A stretch of 64,000 bases of DNA from an uncultured delta proteobacterium (GTDB taxonomy: Bacteria > Desulfobacterota > Desulfobacteria > Desulfobacterales > JAFDCJ01): assembly GCA_963769935.1 (NCBI GenBank), contig CAVYNY010000020.1, positions 224,001 through 288,000 of the forward strand, read 5' to 3'. This document shows, piece after piece, positions 41,004 through 50,873 of the stretch; the stretch's first letter is position 1, and every line of letters begins with the position of its first letter. Both the position numbers and the translations under genes were made by a program. The notes beneath the pieces were generated by a model. The model did not search any database, was not told the DNA's origin, and saw only the letters and a program-made list of their open reading frames with translations.

Positions 41004-43141
41004 TGGAAACCGGCAGTCTCTTCCTGATCTTTTTCCTGATTTGCGTCCTCGGGGTACTCCTCGCAGCCTTTTTGCCCGATCGCAAAAATCCAGCCGGTGC
41101 TCGCATGGGTCGCCTCCCTGGCCGCAATCGTCCTCCTGTGGGCCGGCGGCAGGGCGCTCTTTTACGATCAGACCATCATCTGCCCCCTGTGGCAGGTGAC
41201 GGCTGATATCAAACTTTCCCTGGAAGTGGACCGGCTTTCCGCCTTTTTTCTCTTTGTCACCGGACTGGTCTTTTTACCGGTCTCGATCTTTTCGGCGGAA
41301 TATTTGAATCGATACGCCGATTCATACAGCCTCAAATCCTTCGCGATTTTTTATCATCTGCTTTTTGCCGCCATTGTTTTGACCCTGATGGCCGGCGATG
41401 TATTCCTGTTTCTGATAGCATGGGAGGCCATGTCGATCCTGTCCTATCTCCTGGTCAGCTATGAGCACGAGCATGAGGAAAATACCCGTTCAGGATTCCT
41501 GATGCTGGCCATGGGTGAGGCAGGCACTCTGGCGGCGCTGCTGGCCTTCCTGATCATGGCAACAGCCTCGGGAGGCATCGGCTTTGCATCGCTGCGCTCG
41601 GCCGGCCTCGGCCAGTTTGCCCGCTGGGCAGTGTTTTTGCTGTCCTTCTTCGGCTTTGGGGTCAAGGCCGGCCTCGTGCCGGTGAACAGTTGGCTTCCCC
41701 GGGCCTACAGTGCGGCCCCCGGGAATTTCTCCGCTTTGCTTTCGGGAGCACTGGTTAACCTGGGTCTATACGGCATCGTCAGGATCAATGCGGATCTGCT
41801 GCCGATTGGAGATATCGGGCAGGGATTGATCGTGCTGGGGATTGGAACCCTCTCCGCTTTGATCGGTATTCTTTATGCGACTCCGGAAAACGACATGAAG
41901 CGGATGCTGGCGCATAGCTCCATCGAAAATATCGGAATCATCACCGCAGGGCTCGGCGCCGGTTTTGTATTTCTCTCCTCCGGACATGCCGTCCTGGGCG
42001 GGATCGCCTTTATTGCGGCCTTTTACCATATGGCCAATCATTCCCTTTACAAGGCGCTTCTTTTTCTGGGCGCCGCCGCAGTGGAAAGCCGGATGGGCGG
42101 CCGGGACCTGGACCGAATGGGCGGGCTCATCCGGAACATGCCCTGGGCCGGCCTTTTTTTCCTGGTCGGCGCACTCTCCATCGCCGCCCTGCCGCCTTTT
42201 AACGGATTTGTGAGTGAGTGGCTCACGCTGCAGTCCCTGCTGCAGTGCTCGGTGCTTTCATCAAAGGCCGCCAAAATAGTCTTTGCCATCTGCGGTGCGG
42301 GGCTTGCTTTGACCGCCGCGCTGGCGGTGACTTGCTTTGTCAAGGCCTTTGCGATGGGTTTTTTGGGCATGGCGAGGTCGGCGGAGGCCCGGCAGGCATC
42401 GGATGCCCCGCGCTCCATGACCGTCCCGATGGGCATGCTGGCGCTCGCCTGTCTACTGCTGGGAATCCTGCCCACCTATGTCATCCCGCAGATAGACCAT
42501 GTGGTGAAGCCCTATGTGCACGAAAGTGCGGTCGACGCCCTGGTGCCTCCCTTTTTCACGGTCGGTGCGGGAAACGAACGCTTCCCCGAGGCCTTTGTTC
42601 AGGAGTTCCATAACCTTGGCGCGCAGATCGGAAGCAGTACGCTCCCGGGAAGAGGCCTGGTGATCATGCACCGGGGATCGACGCGCAACCCGGTGATCTT
42701 CGCCATGTCAACATCGTACATGGTCATCGTTCTGGTTTTGTTTTTGGGAGCTGCAATTGTCGTCGTACGCTTTGTCGACCCGCAAGCGGGCTATAGTCAG
42801 GCGGGCCGCATGGGACGGAGGGGTTCGCAGGCTCGTCCCCGCGATGACCTATACGGCCACAGGGTTTTCCAACCCCGTGCGGGTGATTTTTAAAACCATT
42901 TTTCGACCCGTGACGATCCAGGACAGCCGGGAGACCATCGCTGAGCACTTCCGCAACGCCATCAAAAAGGACACCCGGGAAGTCCATATTGCAGACCGAC
43001 TCCTGATAAGACCCGTTATACTCGGAGGCCGAAGTCTATGCCGTCCGATTGGCCCGGATGCACTCGGGACGGGTAAATGCTTATGCCGCCTATATCCTGA
43101 TCAGCCTATTGATTGTTTTGCTGATTATGCGAGCGGCGTAA
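41003..43141 (+). CDS. hyfB: Antiporter-like subunit B; frameshifts near 41097, 42780 and 43040
   Basis: AWEAMS, GFGVKAGL.P..WLP, KRMLAHSSIENIG, LPPFNGFVSEW, MTYTATGFS, final MHSGRVNAY...RAA stop 43141. Confidence 0.85.
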
Positions 43142-43255
43142 AGGCATCTGCGAAAGTCAGAATAGGCCATTGCATGACGGCCCTTACGGAAAAACACAAG
43201 CGCCCGGCGTGATGAAATTTTCCAAAGCGGGAGAGTTTCTGTAAAATCTGCCAGT

Positions 43256-43745
43256 CGCGCGTTCGCGCCCTGGTTGGAGAACACGAGATACTTGTCGGCA
43301 GCGACGGTTTGCTGCATCATCGGCAGGTTGCCCACGATGTCTGCTAACTCGAAGGAACGACAGCTCACATGGTCATCGATGAGGAGTATGCCGGCCATAT
43401 CCTCATCGGGGATTCGGTCAAGGCCGACACACGGCAAGCGGTTTCGCAATTGCGAAGCATCGGGATCGAGCGCGTTGAAATACCGGCGGCAACCGCTTTA
43501 CGGCTGAGGCAATTGCCAATAATCTATGCGTGGATGCGTTCCATGTAGAACTCTTTGCCGGAAGACAAGGTGCGCTTGCTGGAAGAAATCCAGGCGGCAA
43601 CCGATCATGGCGGCAAAATTGCCTTTGTCGACGACGGGATCAATGACACTCCGGTTATTGCCAGGGCCGATGTCGGGGCCGCCATGGGTGCCCTTGGCAT
43701 GGATGCAGCCATCGAGACTGCCGACGTAGTGCTCATGACCGATTC
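43256..43745 (+). pseudogene. Heavy-metal P1B-type ATPase (CadA/ZntA) C-terminal remnant
   Basis: YAGHILIGDSVK, LPEDKV, AFVDDGINDTPVIARADVG.AMG..G.DAAIETADVVLM; in-frame TAA and frameshift; GDG changed to DDG. Confidence 0.75.
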
Positions 43746-43821
43746 TGCGCTGAAAGCGGATGATCTTTTCTGTGTTAGATTACGAACCAGATCATCTCAC
43801 CTTTCTTTTTCGGACGATTCG

Positions 43822-44763
43822 CTACCGTGAAACATATTGCAGATGCAGTGCGAAATCGATTATGCATGTGATGAAAAAGGACACCGTAGGCGTTAGAAAC
43901 CAGCCCGTAAAGATGCTGTAAAGTGTCTTGCGATCGATGGTCTTGGCACCCTTGATGAATCCAACGCCTATAACAGCGCCGATCACGGCCTGCGTGGTGG
44001 ATACCGGTACGCCGATGATCGCATTGATATGAACGGTAACCGCTTCGCCCAAAACAACGATCAGGGCAGAAAAAGGATCCAGGCGCACAAGCTTTCGACC
44101 CACCGTCTCCATAACGCCTCGGCTGTAAGTCAGAACTCCAAATCCAATGCTTATGGCACCTATAAGTGCGGCATTGAATATAGTTAGGGTCCCGGCCGCA
44201 ACGAAGACGGCCGAGGTATTAGCGACATTGTTGGCGCCTAAAGAGTAGGAGGCATATGACCCTGCTATCACCAATGCGATCCGCACAAGTATATCGGCCT
44301 GAAAAATGTTTGTCCTCAGGCGATTGTAAACTAACGCTAAAACCTTGTACAGCATGATGGAGGCCAAGATCGCACAAAAGGGGGTCGCGAACCAGCAGAT
44401 GACTACTTTTTCCAAACCGGCCGAGTTGACCTGGTTGTTTAGAAATCCGATCCCCAAGATGGCCCCGACCACCCCCTGGGAAGTCGACACAGGCAGGCTG
44501 AGCAATGTCATGACGGTCACCGTCAAGGCGACTGCAACCGTTATTGCTACGGCTTGTTTCAAGTCGATTGATGTCAAACTGCTCAGGGTCTTGATGCCAG
44601 CCTGTCCTTCGAGCAGAGAGCCGATCAGTACAAAGATGGCGCATAGAATCGCTGCTGTCCGAAAGCGCACCATGCGCGAGGCCACCGCTGAACCGAAACA
44701 ATTAGCAGCGTGGTTGGCTCCTAGAGACCACCCCAGAAATACTCCGCCCAGAAGCGAATACAT
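43822..44763 (-). CDS. pit: Inorganic phosphate transporter (PiT family)
   Basis: GANHAAN and GANNVAN repeats, PVSTSQ / PVSTTQ. Confidence 0.9.
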   Translation of the reverse strand: MYSLLGGVFLGWSLGANHAANCFGSAVASRMVRFRTAAILCAIFVLIGSLLEGQAGIKTLSSLTSIDLKQAVAITVAVALTVTVMTLLSLPVSTSQGVVGAILGIGFLNNQVNSAGLEKVVICWFATPFCAILASIMLYKVLALVYNRLRTNIFQADILVRIALVIAGSYASYSLGANNVANTSAVFVAAGTLTIFNAALIGAISIGFGVLTYSRGVMETVGRKLVRLDPFSALIVVLGEAVTVHINAIIGVPVSTTQAVIGAVIGVGFIKGAKTIDRKTLYSIFTGWFLTPTVSFFITCIIDFALHLQYVSR

Positions 44764-44950
44764 TAAAGCCTCCTTTTCAATGTCAATAATTTCAGCCCAT
44801 TGGAGAGCCGATTTGCATGTTCCGAAATCTGCTCTATGGCCATAGCCAACTCCTTCAGCTGAAATCTTCTTAGAAAATTTTACTGATCTTGGCAGTCACT
44901 CTATTTGATAAAATGCCCGTTTCATATGCACTAAAACACTATCGAGTTCC
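44763..44950 (-). pseudogene. Possible DUF47 (Pit accessory) C-terminal remnant
   Basis: ...QLKELAMAIEQISEHANRLSNGLKLLTLKRRL stop overlapping the pit ATG (TAATG); upstream broken by stop/frameshift. Confidence 0.45.
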
Positions 44951-45169
44951 CAAGTTCCACGCAAAAGCCTATCTCAGATTCACGCCTACTCTACGCCGGA
45001 GGCCGTTTAGGCAGCAAACAGGTGCCCCCTAAACTGAGTTAAAATTATCAATATGCAAAAAATGAAGTCTAAAATTCTAATTTTTACAAATAAAATAATT
45101 TATTTTCTCGCGGATATATCTGCATCACTGAGATGACACAGTGGCCATAAAAAGATTTTTTCAGTTCGA

Positions 45170-46636
45170 TTATCGGGGTTGGACATGTTCAATGCGCTTG
45201 ATGCCTTCCCTATTCAATACCACCCGGTACCGCATGTATAAATCCTTTTCGGCAAGGGCCATCCGAACGACCATATTAAGGTGATAAACCCTTGCACCCC
45301 TGATACGATAGTATCCCTCGTCGTTCATTACGAAGAGCTCCTTCTTGGGATCATCCATCCGCCGTAGAAATTCTTGGACATTGAAACGCATAATATCATT
45401 GACACCGGATACCTCGTATTTCGAGAAAATGCGGCGCACTCTTTCCCGATGCAGTCGAATACGCTTGCGGTACAGCAGAATGTCCTCGCCAATCCATCCG
45501 TTTTCAATTTCTGTAATGTGGTCTCGATTTCGCAACTCCCGCACCTCCGCCGAAAGTTTGCGTTCTTTGACAAACCCGAAGCTTTCCCTGCAAACCCCGA
45601 CGATTCCGCCGGCAACATCGCGTACACGAACCTTATGATCAAAAAGAAAGCGCATCATCTTGCGGGACAGGTGATACTTTAGAAGATCCTTGATTCGGTC
45701 CTTAAAGATATAGCTGATGACAAGCGTCACAAAAACCGGCATGGTCAGGCTGCCATAGACAGTTTGGGAAATGAATGCGGCGGCCGTTGCAAATACCATA
45801 GCGGCAGCGGCGGCCAAACCAAAAAAGACTTGCTGCAGAAAAAGCCAGTCCGTTTTTACTTCTGCATCAAGAAACAGAATACTGGCGACATATTTTTTTA
45901 ATACGCTCCTGCGAAACACCAAAGTTTCGTTATCCTTCTGCTCTTCCGGTATCGAAGCATAGCGTCTTTTCTTGCGATAGTTGACTTCACCTTCAATCAA
46001 CGCCAGCATCTTTTTACGGTTCTCCGGGCTCAGACCTGAATCGATGGCTGAGATAGCATCCAGCAAGTGGTAGGTGTAGTCTTCCACAGTCAGACTGATG
46101 TACTCGTCACCAAAAAGGTAGATTTCAAAGGTACGCTGATCAACACTTGGGATCTGGATAATCTGTTGGAGTTCATGGTATCCGGCGGTTATGTCTTGAA
46201 TCGCAGTCAGATACTCGCGAGTAAGGCGTTCCCTATCCTGCGCATCAACGGTCCTGAGAATATAAGCCACATAGTCGCGGACCGCACTCTTGAGGATACA
46301 GCAGAACATCTTGATTTGCCCTTCAAACGCCCGTAGAGGAATCTTCGAGGATTGCTGGGCTATCTGTTCCAAATCACTGCGAAGTTGCGCCAATGGACTC
46401 TGAGCGCCTGCCTTAAAGCGGTTCAGCGGCACCGACGGTGTCCTTATGCGGATGTAGGACTGTAAATCGGTATAGAACTGCTGTTTGCTATATGTCTGAG
46501 GATGTACGCCCAGGCTGCGAGGGGCGAAAAAATACAAATCCACCTCATATGAATTCCGCCGATGGTTGTCAAGAAGGGGATAATTTAGCTTCAGCTCCAT
46601 TTGATGCAGATCGTGGATGCTGATCCTAGCTTCCAT
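45170..46636 (-). CDS. Hypothetical protein with two adjacent TM helices
   Basis: 488-aa ORF; hydrophobic hairpin around residues 270-310; AAGGA RBS. Confidence 0.8.
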   Translation of the reverse strand: MEARISIHDLHQMELKLNYPLLDNHRRNSYEVDLYFFAPRSLGVHPQTYSKQQFYTDLQSYIRIRTPSVPLNRFKAGAQSPLAQLRSDLEQIAQQSSKIPLRAFEGQIKMFCCILKSAVRDYVAYILRTVDAQDRERLTREYLTAIQDITAGYHELQQIIQIPSVDQRTFEIYLFGDEYISLTVEDYTYHLLDAISAIDSGLSPENRKKMLALIEGEVNYRKKRRYASIPEEQKDNETLVFRRSVLKKYVASILFLDAEVKTDWLFLQQVFFGLAAAAAMVFATAAAFISQTVYGSLTMPVFVTLVISYIFKDRIKDLLKYHLSRKMMRFLFDHKVRVRDVAGGIVGVCRESFGFVKERKLSAEVRELRNRDHITEIENGWIGEDILLYRKRIRLHRERVRRIFSKYEVSGVNDIMRFNVQEFLRRMDDPKKELFVMNDEGYYRIRGARVYHLNMVVRMALAEKDLYMRYRVVLNREGIKRIEHVQPR

Positions 46637-46862
46637 AGGAGTCCTTTTGTCGCTGGTTACCCATTAATACAGATTTAATTTCAAAGAGTTAGATAACAGC
46701 ACCATGGTTTTGGGTGTCAAGCCGATTTGTATAGGGTGAATAAGGCAAGGAATATGTTCCAGTTCGATGAAATGAGCCCTCCGATACATTGAAAATTTTT
46801 GCTTGACTTTGCCTCGATAAGAACTATAGTCAAATTAATATAATTCGCTCGAAAAAAAAACG

Positions 46863-46912
46863 GGGGGATGGAGTCCCCCTGATAACCGCCTTGACGGCTG
46901 ATGACTCCTACC
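46863..46912 (+). ncRNA. Fluoride riboswitch #3
   Basis: GGGGGATGGAGTCCCCCTGATAACCGCCTTGACGGCTGATGACTCCTACC, one substitution relative to #2. Confidence 0.93.
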
Positions 46913-46985
46913 ATGGCCCAAAATTCCTGGTAGGAGTTTCTGTCTGAAGTACTCCTGCCGGGTACGAGACCTGGGGGAGTTTTTT
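46904..46985 (+). terminator. Riboswitch expression platform: two tandem hairpins
   Basis: actcctacca/tggtaggagt-ttc; actcctgccgggt-acgag-acctgggggagtttttt. Confidence 0.7.
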
Positions 46986-47251
46986 CATGCGCAGCAAATT
47001 CCGCCTGTTGAAATCGCAGCAAGTCCCGAATCTCTTTCTGAACACTCGCCGGATAGATCGATGCCCGTCCTCCAGCAGGTCTCCCATTAAAAATTCAACT
47101 AGTCCGCAGAGGCTGTTTAATCCTGATGCCCGCGGAGAATTTGCAATCTTGCACTGCCATTAGGAGGATTTCCTCATTGGCACATTTGGCAAGAGATAGG
47201 GCATACTAGAGAAATAAGTTCGATCCAGCCAAAATAAAGAGAGGTGCCGTC

Positions 47252-47671
47252 ATGACGGCCCTTGCAGAAAATCACAAGCGCGCCTTGCTGAGCAGGCTGC
47301 GGCGAATCGACGACCTGCTGAGGGAAATCGAATACCGTGCGCGGCCGGACGGCATCGAGTCGGCTTTCGAGGACGAAATCTCAGATTGGACATGCGCAAA
47401 GCGCCGGATCGTATTCGATTGGATCGCTGAAGTTCGGCAACTGTTGAAATCCATCATCGAACGCCAGGGCCTTGTGGCTGCGCAATCCACCGCCAGTGCA
47501 GCCTGGCTCGTTCAAACCAGCGTGGATCTCATGCTCAGTGTTGTCGACGAGTTGCAACCGGAGCGTATGCACGGCTACGGCGAGCTTTCCGTAGCGGCTG
47601 GCCGCGAATTGGATGAAATCGTTTCAGATCTGCGGCGGCAGTTTTTGAAATTGACTGAAACATTTTGTTAA
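47252..47671 (+). CDS. Small helical hypothetical protein
   Basis: 139 aa, GAGGT RBS; ENHKR.L...ID.LL and DELQPERMHGYGEL motifs. Confidence 0.8.
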   Translation: MTALAENHKRALLSRLRRIDDLLREIEYRARPDGIESAFEDEISDWTCAKRRIVFDWIAEVRQLLKSIIERQGLVAAQSTASAAWLVQTSVDLMLSVVDELQPERMHGYGELSVAAGRELDEIVSDLRRQFLKLTETFC

Positions 47672-47832
47672 AGTCCAAGCATTAAGTTGCAGTTTTTTAA
47701 AAAGTGGGCTTTAGAGGTAACTTTCTTATGCGCTCATTTGCCGAACAAAGACTTGACTCGCAAATACATCTGCCTGCAGGCCGGGAGCCGGATGTCGCGC
47801 TTCCGCGTCATGGGCCGGAGGGTATTCGTGCA

Positions 47833-49368
47833 ATGACCTTCTGCAGCATATTAGTTGAAAACCCGCAAGACAGCCTCAAAAAAGAAACTCCGCAAGTGCC
47901 CGAATTTTTTAGCGACTTAAATCTTGATCAGATTATAGACGCCGTCACGGCCGGCCGGCAGGACTATAATCTGAAACCGTTTTTTTACACTTCCTTAAAT
48001 GACGTCGATACCATCAAGTACCGCCAGGAAGTCGCGCAGGATCTCGAAAGCGAAACGTTGCTGGCAAGCATAAAATCTTTCGCCCAAGAGATGATCGTCA
48101 TGCGCCGCTATCTATCCATGATAGAAAAGCTTCACTATAAATACCATAAAGAGGGCTGGTTTTTGGAAGCGGTCATAGTTTATTGTGATGCCGTCAACCG
48201 TCTGGCGCATGATTTATCTCAGGCAAAATTAAAATCGCGTGGGCTTTCGGCTTTCCGTGATTATATATCGAACTATGCCGAATCCGATGGTTTCTCATCG
48301 CTTCTGGCCGAAACGAAAAAGCTTAAAGTCGGCTTGTCCACTGTGAAATATTGCGTGCTTATAGACGGAGGGCATGTCAAGGTCCGTAAATATGAAGCTG
48401 AAATCGATTACAGTACAGATGTGGAGCAAACATTCGAAAGGTTCAAACAGGGCGCGGTAAAAGATTACAAGACAGAGCTGGCCATCGGTGCGGGCATGAA
48501 TCATGTCGAAGCCAATATACTGGATTTTGTAGCCAAATTGTATCCCGACCTATTTTCAAGGCTTGATGATTATTGCACCAAAAACGCTGATTATCAGAAT
48601 GAAACGTTAGCTGCTTTTGACCGTGAAATCCAATTTTACGTAGCCTATCTAGAGTATGTCGCAAAAACCAAACGCGCGGGATTGAAATTTTGTTACCCGC
48701 AAATCGTCGACCGGAGCAAGGAAGTCTATGATCACGAAGGGTTTGATTTAGCGCTGGCCCATAAACTCATTGCCGGAAACTCGCCTGTTGTCTGCAATGA
48801 TTTTTACCTGAAGGGCAAGGAGCGCATCCTTGTCGTCAGCGGTCCGAACCAGGGCGGCAAAACCACCTTTGCCCGCACCTTCGGGCAGCTGCATTACCTG
48901 GCCGGCCTGGGATGCCCCGTGCCGGGCCGGGAGGCGCAGCTTTTTCTCTGCGACAGACTCTTTACGCATTTCGAAAAGGAAGAAAACATCCAAAATCTGC
49001 GCGGCAAACTGCAGGACGACCTGGTCCGGATTCACCATATTCTCGACCGGGCCACGCCCAACAGCATCGTCATCATGAATGAAATCTTCACTTCCACTGC
49101 CCTAAAAGACGGGATTTTTTTAAGCCAAAAGGTGATGGAAAAAATAATCCGATTGGATTTGCTGTGCGTCTGGGTGACATTTATAGATGAGATGGCCTCT
49201 ATCAGCGAAAAAACCGTGAGTATGGTCAGCACTATCGTGCCTGAAAATCCGGCCTTGCGGACCTTTAAAATTGTGAGAAGGCCGGCCGACGGACTCGCCT
49301 ATGCAACGGCCATTGCCGAAAAGTATCGTCTGACGTACAGGCAGCTAAGGGAGCGCCTAAACTCATGA
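47833..49368 (+). CDS. MutS-related ATPase (domain V only) #1
   Basis: VCND, SGPNQGGKTT, RLFTHF, GKL, IMNEIFTST, VTF; GGAGG RBS. Confidence 0.88.
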   Translation: MTFCSILVENPQDSLKKETPQVPEFFSDLNLDQIIDAVTAGRQDYNLKPFFYTSLNDVDTIKYRQEVAQDLESETLLASIKSFAQEMIVMRRYLSMIEKLHYKYHKEGWFLEAVIVYCDAVNRLAHDLSQAKLKSRGLSAFRDYISNYAESDGFSSLLAETKKLKVGLSTVKYCVLIDGGHVKVRKYEAEIDYSTDVEQTFERFKQGAVKDYKTELAIGAGMNHVEANILDFVAKLYPDLFSRLDDYCTKNADYQNETLAAFDREIQFYVAYLEYVAKTKRAGLKFCYPQIVDRSKEVYDHEGFDLALAHKLIAGNSPVVCNDFYLKGKERILVVSGPNQGGKTTFARTFGQLHYLAGLGCPVPGREAQLFLCDRLFTHFEKEENIQNLRGKLQDDLVRIHHILDRATPNSIVIMNEIFTSTALKDGIFLSQKVMEKIIRLDLLCVWVTFIDEMASISEKTVSMVSTIVPENPALRTFKIVRRPADGLAYATAIAEKYRLTYRQLRERLNS

Positions 49369-50873
49369 AGGCTTTCCTCATGCATAAGGATCAGGACTTT
49401 GACCTAAAGCGGAAGTTGCCGACAAATGAACAAGCACTGACCCAGGACCTGGAATTAAACACGCTGTTCAACGCCATGGCGCTCGGTGACGAATTTCTAT
49501 TTGATGCGGCCAAGAAGGCCGTTTTTTGGGGTTTGAACAACGATCTGGCAACAATCCGGTACCGTCAAAGCATTCTAACAGACTGCCTGAAAAATTCCTC
49601 CATTGTCAGGGAAATTTACGACATCGCGGTGGAATCCATTGAAAACAAGAAAAGGCATCATATCGGCATCTTCGGCCGTTGGCCCGGTTCAATCCTGCAT
49701 GGCGCAATTGATATGATGGAAATGTTTGTCGACCAGCTTAAAAAGTTAAAAAATATCTCCGATAAAAATGTCGCTAAATTCGGGTCGGAGGGATTTGCCA
49801 GGTTTTTTAGAATGATTCATACGGAGCTGGAAGATGAATATCTCGTCGGCATCCAAAATCATCTCAGAGAACTGAAATTCCGCCACGGCGTGTTGCTCAG
49901 CGCCGAATTGGGAAAAGGCAATGAAGGTGCCGATTATATACTTCGCAAGCCGCACGCTGAAAATCGGAGTTGGATGCAGCGCATCTTTGCCAAAAAGCCG
50001 CCGGTCTATACCTTTTCCATCCATCCTCGCGATGAAGCCGGCGGCAGGTTTCTGTCGGATTTAAAAGACAGGGGCATCAATCTTGTTGCCAATGCCCTTG
50101 CGCAGTCCGCTGATCATATTGAGAGCTTCTTTAAAATGCTGCGAATTGAATTGGCTTTTTACATCGGCTGCTTGAATTTATATGAACAACTTGCCCATAT
50201 GGGGGAACCGGTATCCTTTCCCCTACCCGCGGCCTCCAGCGAACGCAAACATTCTTTCCGGGGATTGTACGATGTCTGTCTGGCCTTAACCATGCAGCAA
50301 AAAATCGTCGGCAACGACGTGAACGCCGACAACAAAGAACTCGTGATCATCACAGGCGCGAACCAGGGCGGCAAATCAACCTTTCTGCGAAGTATCGGTT
50401 TGGCTCAATTGATGATGCAATGCGGCCTGTTTGTACCGGCAGAGTCTTTCTGTGCTAATGTCTGCGACGGCCTTCTCACGCACTACAAACGGGAGGAGGA
50501 CGCTGCCATGGAAAGCGGCAAGCTCGATGAAGAACTCAGCCGGATGAGCGACATCGTAAATAGTATAACGCCTAATTCCATGGTGTTGTTTAATGAGTCG
50601 TTTGCCGCAACCAACGAAAGGGAGGGCTCGGAGATCGCAAGGCAGATAGTCTGTGCGTTGTTGGAAAAGAGGGTCAAAGAGTTCTTCGTTACGCATTTAT
50701 ACGAATTTCCGCAGAGTATTTACGACACAAAAACGGAAAGCGCCATTTTCCTGCGGGCCGACAGACAAATCGACGGAAAGCGAACGTTTAAGTTGGTCGA
50801 AGGAGAACCGCTGCAAACCAGCTTCGGCGCAGATTTGTATAAGAGTGTATTCGGAACGGATAAATTGACATGA
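49365..50873 (+). CDS. MutS-related ATPase (domain V only) #2
   Basis: VGND, TGANQGGKSTFLRS, SGKLDEEL, LFNESFAATN, FVTH; ATGA overlap. Confidence 0.88.
   Translation: MKAFLMHKDQDFDLKRKLPTNEQALTQDLELNTLFNAMALGDEFLFDAAKKAVFWGLNNDLATIRYRQSILTDCLKNSSIVREIYDIAVESIENKKRHHIGIFGRWPGSILHGAIDMMEMFVDQLKKLKNISDKNVAKFGSEGFARFFRMIHTELEDEYLVGIQNHLRELKFRHGVLLSAELGKGNEGADYILRKPHAENRSWMQRIFAKKPPVYTFSIHPRDEAGGRFLSDLKDRGINLVANALAQSADHIESFFKMLRIELAFYIGCLNLYEQLAHMGEPVSFPLPAASSERKHSFRGLYDVCLALTMQQKIVGNDVNADNKELVIITGANQGGKSTFLRSIGLAQLMMQCGLFVPAESFCANVCDGLLTHYKREEDAAMESGKLDEELSRMSDIVNSITPNSMVLFNESFAATNEREGSEIARQIVCALLEKRVKEFFVTHLYEFPQSIYDTKTESAIFLRADRQIDGKRTFKLVEGEPLQTSFGADLYKSVFGTDKLT

Noticed and set aside
47833..50873. 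Canonical mismatch-repair MutS or MutS2
   Set aside because: Too short, no GxFYE or Smr domain, and no mutL
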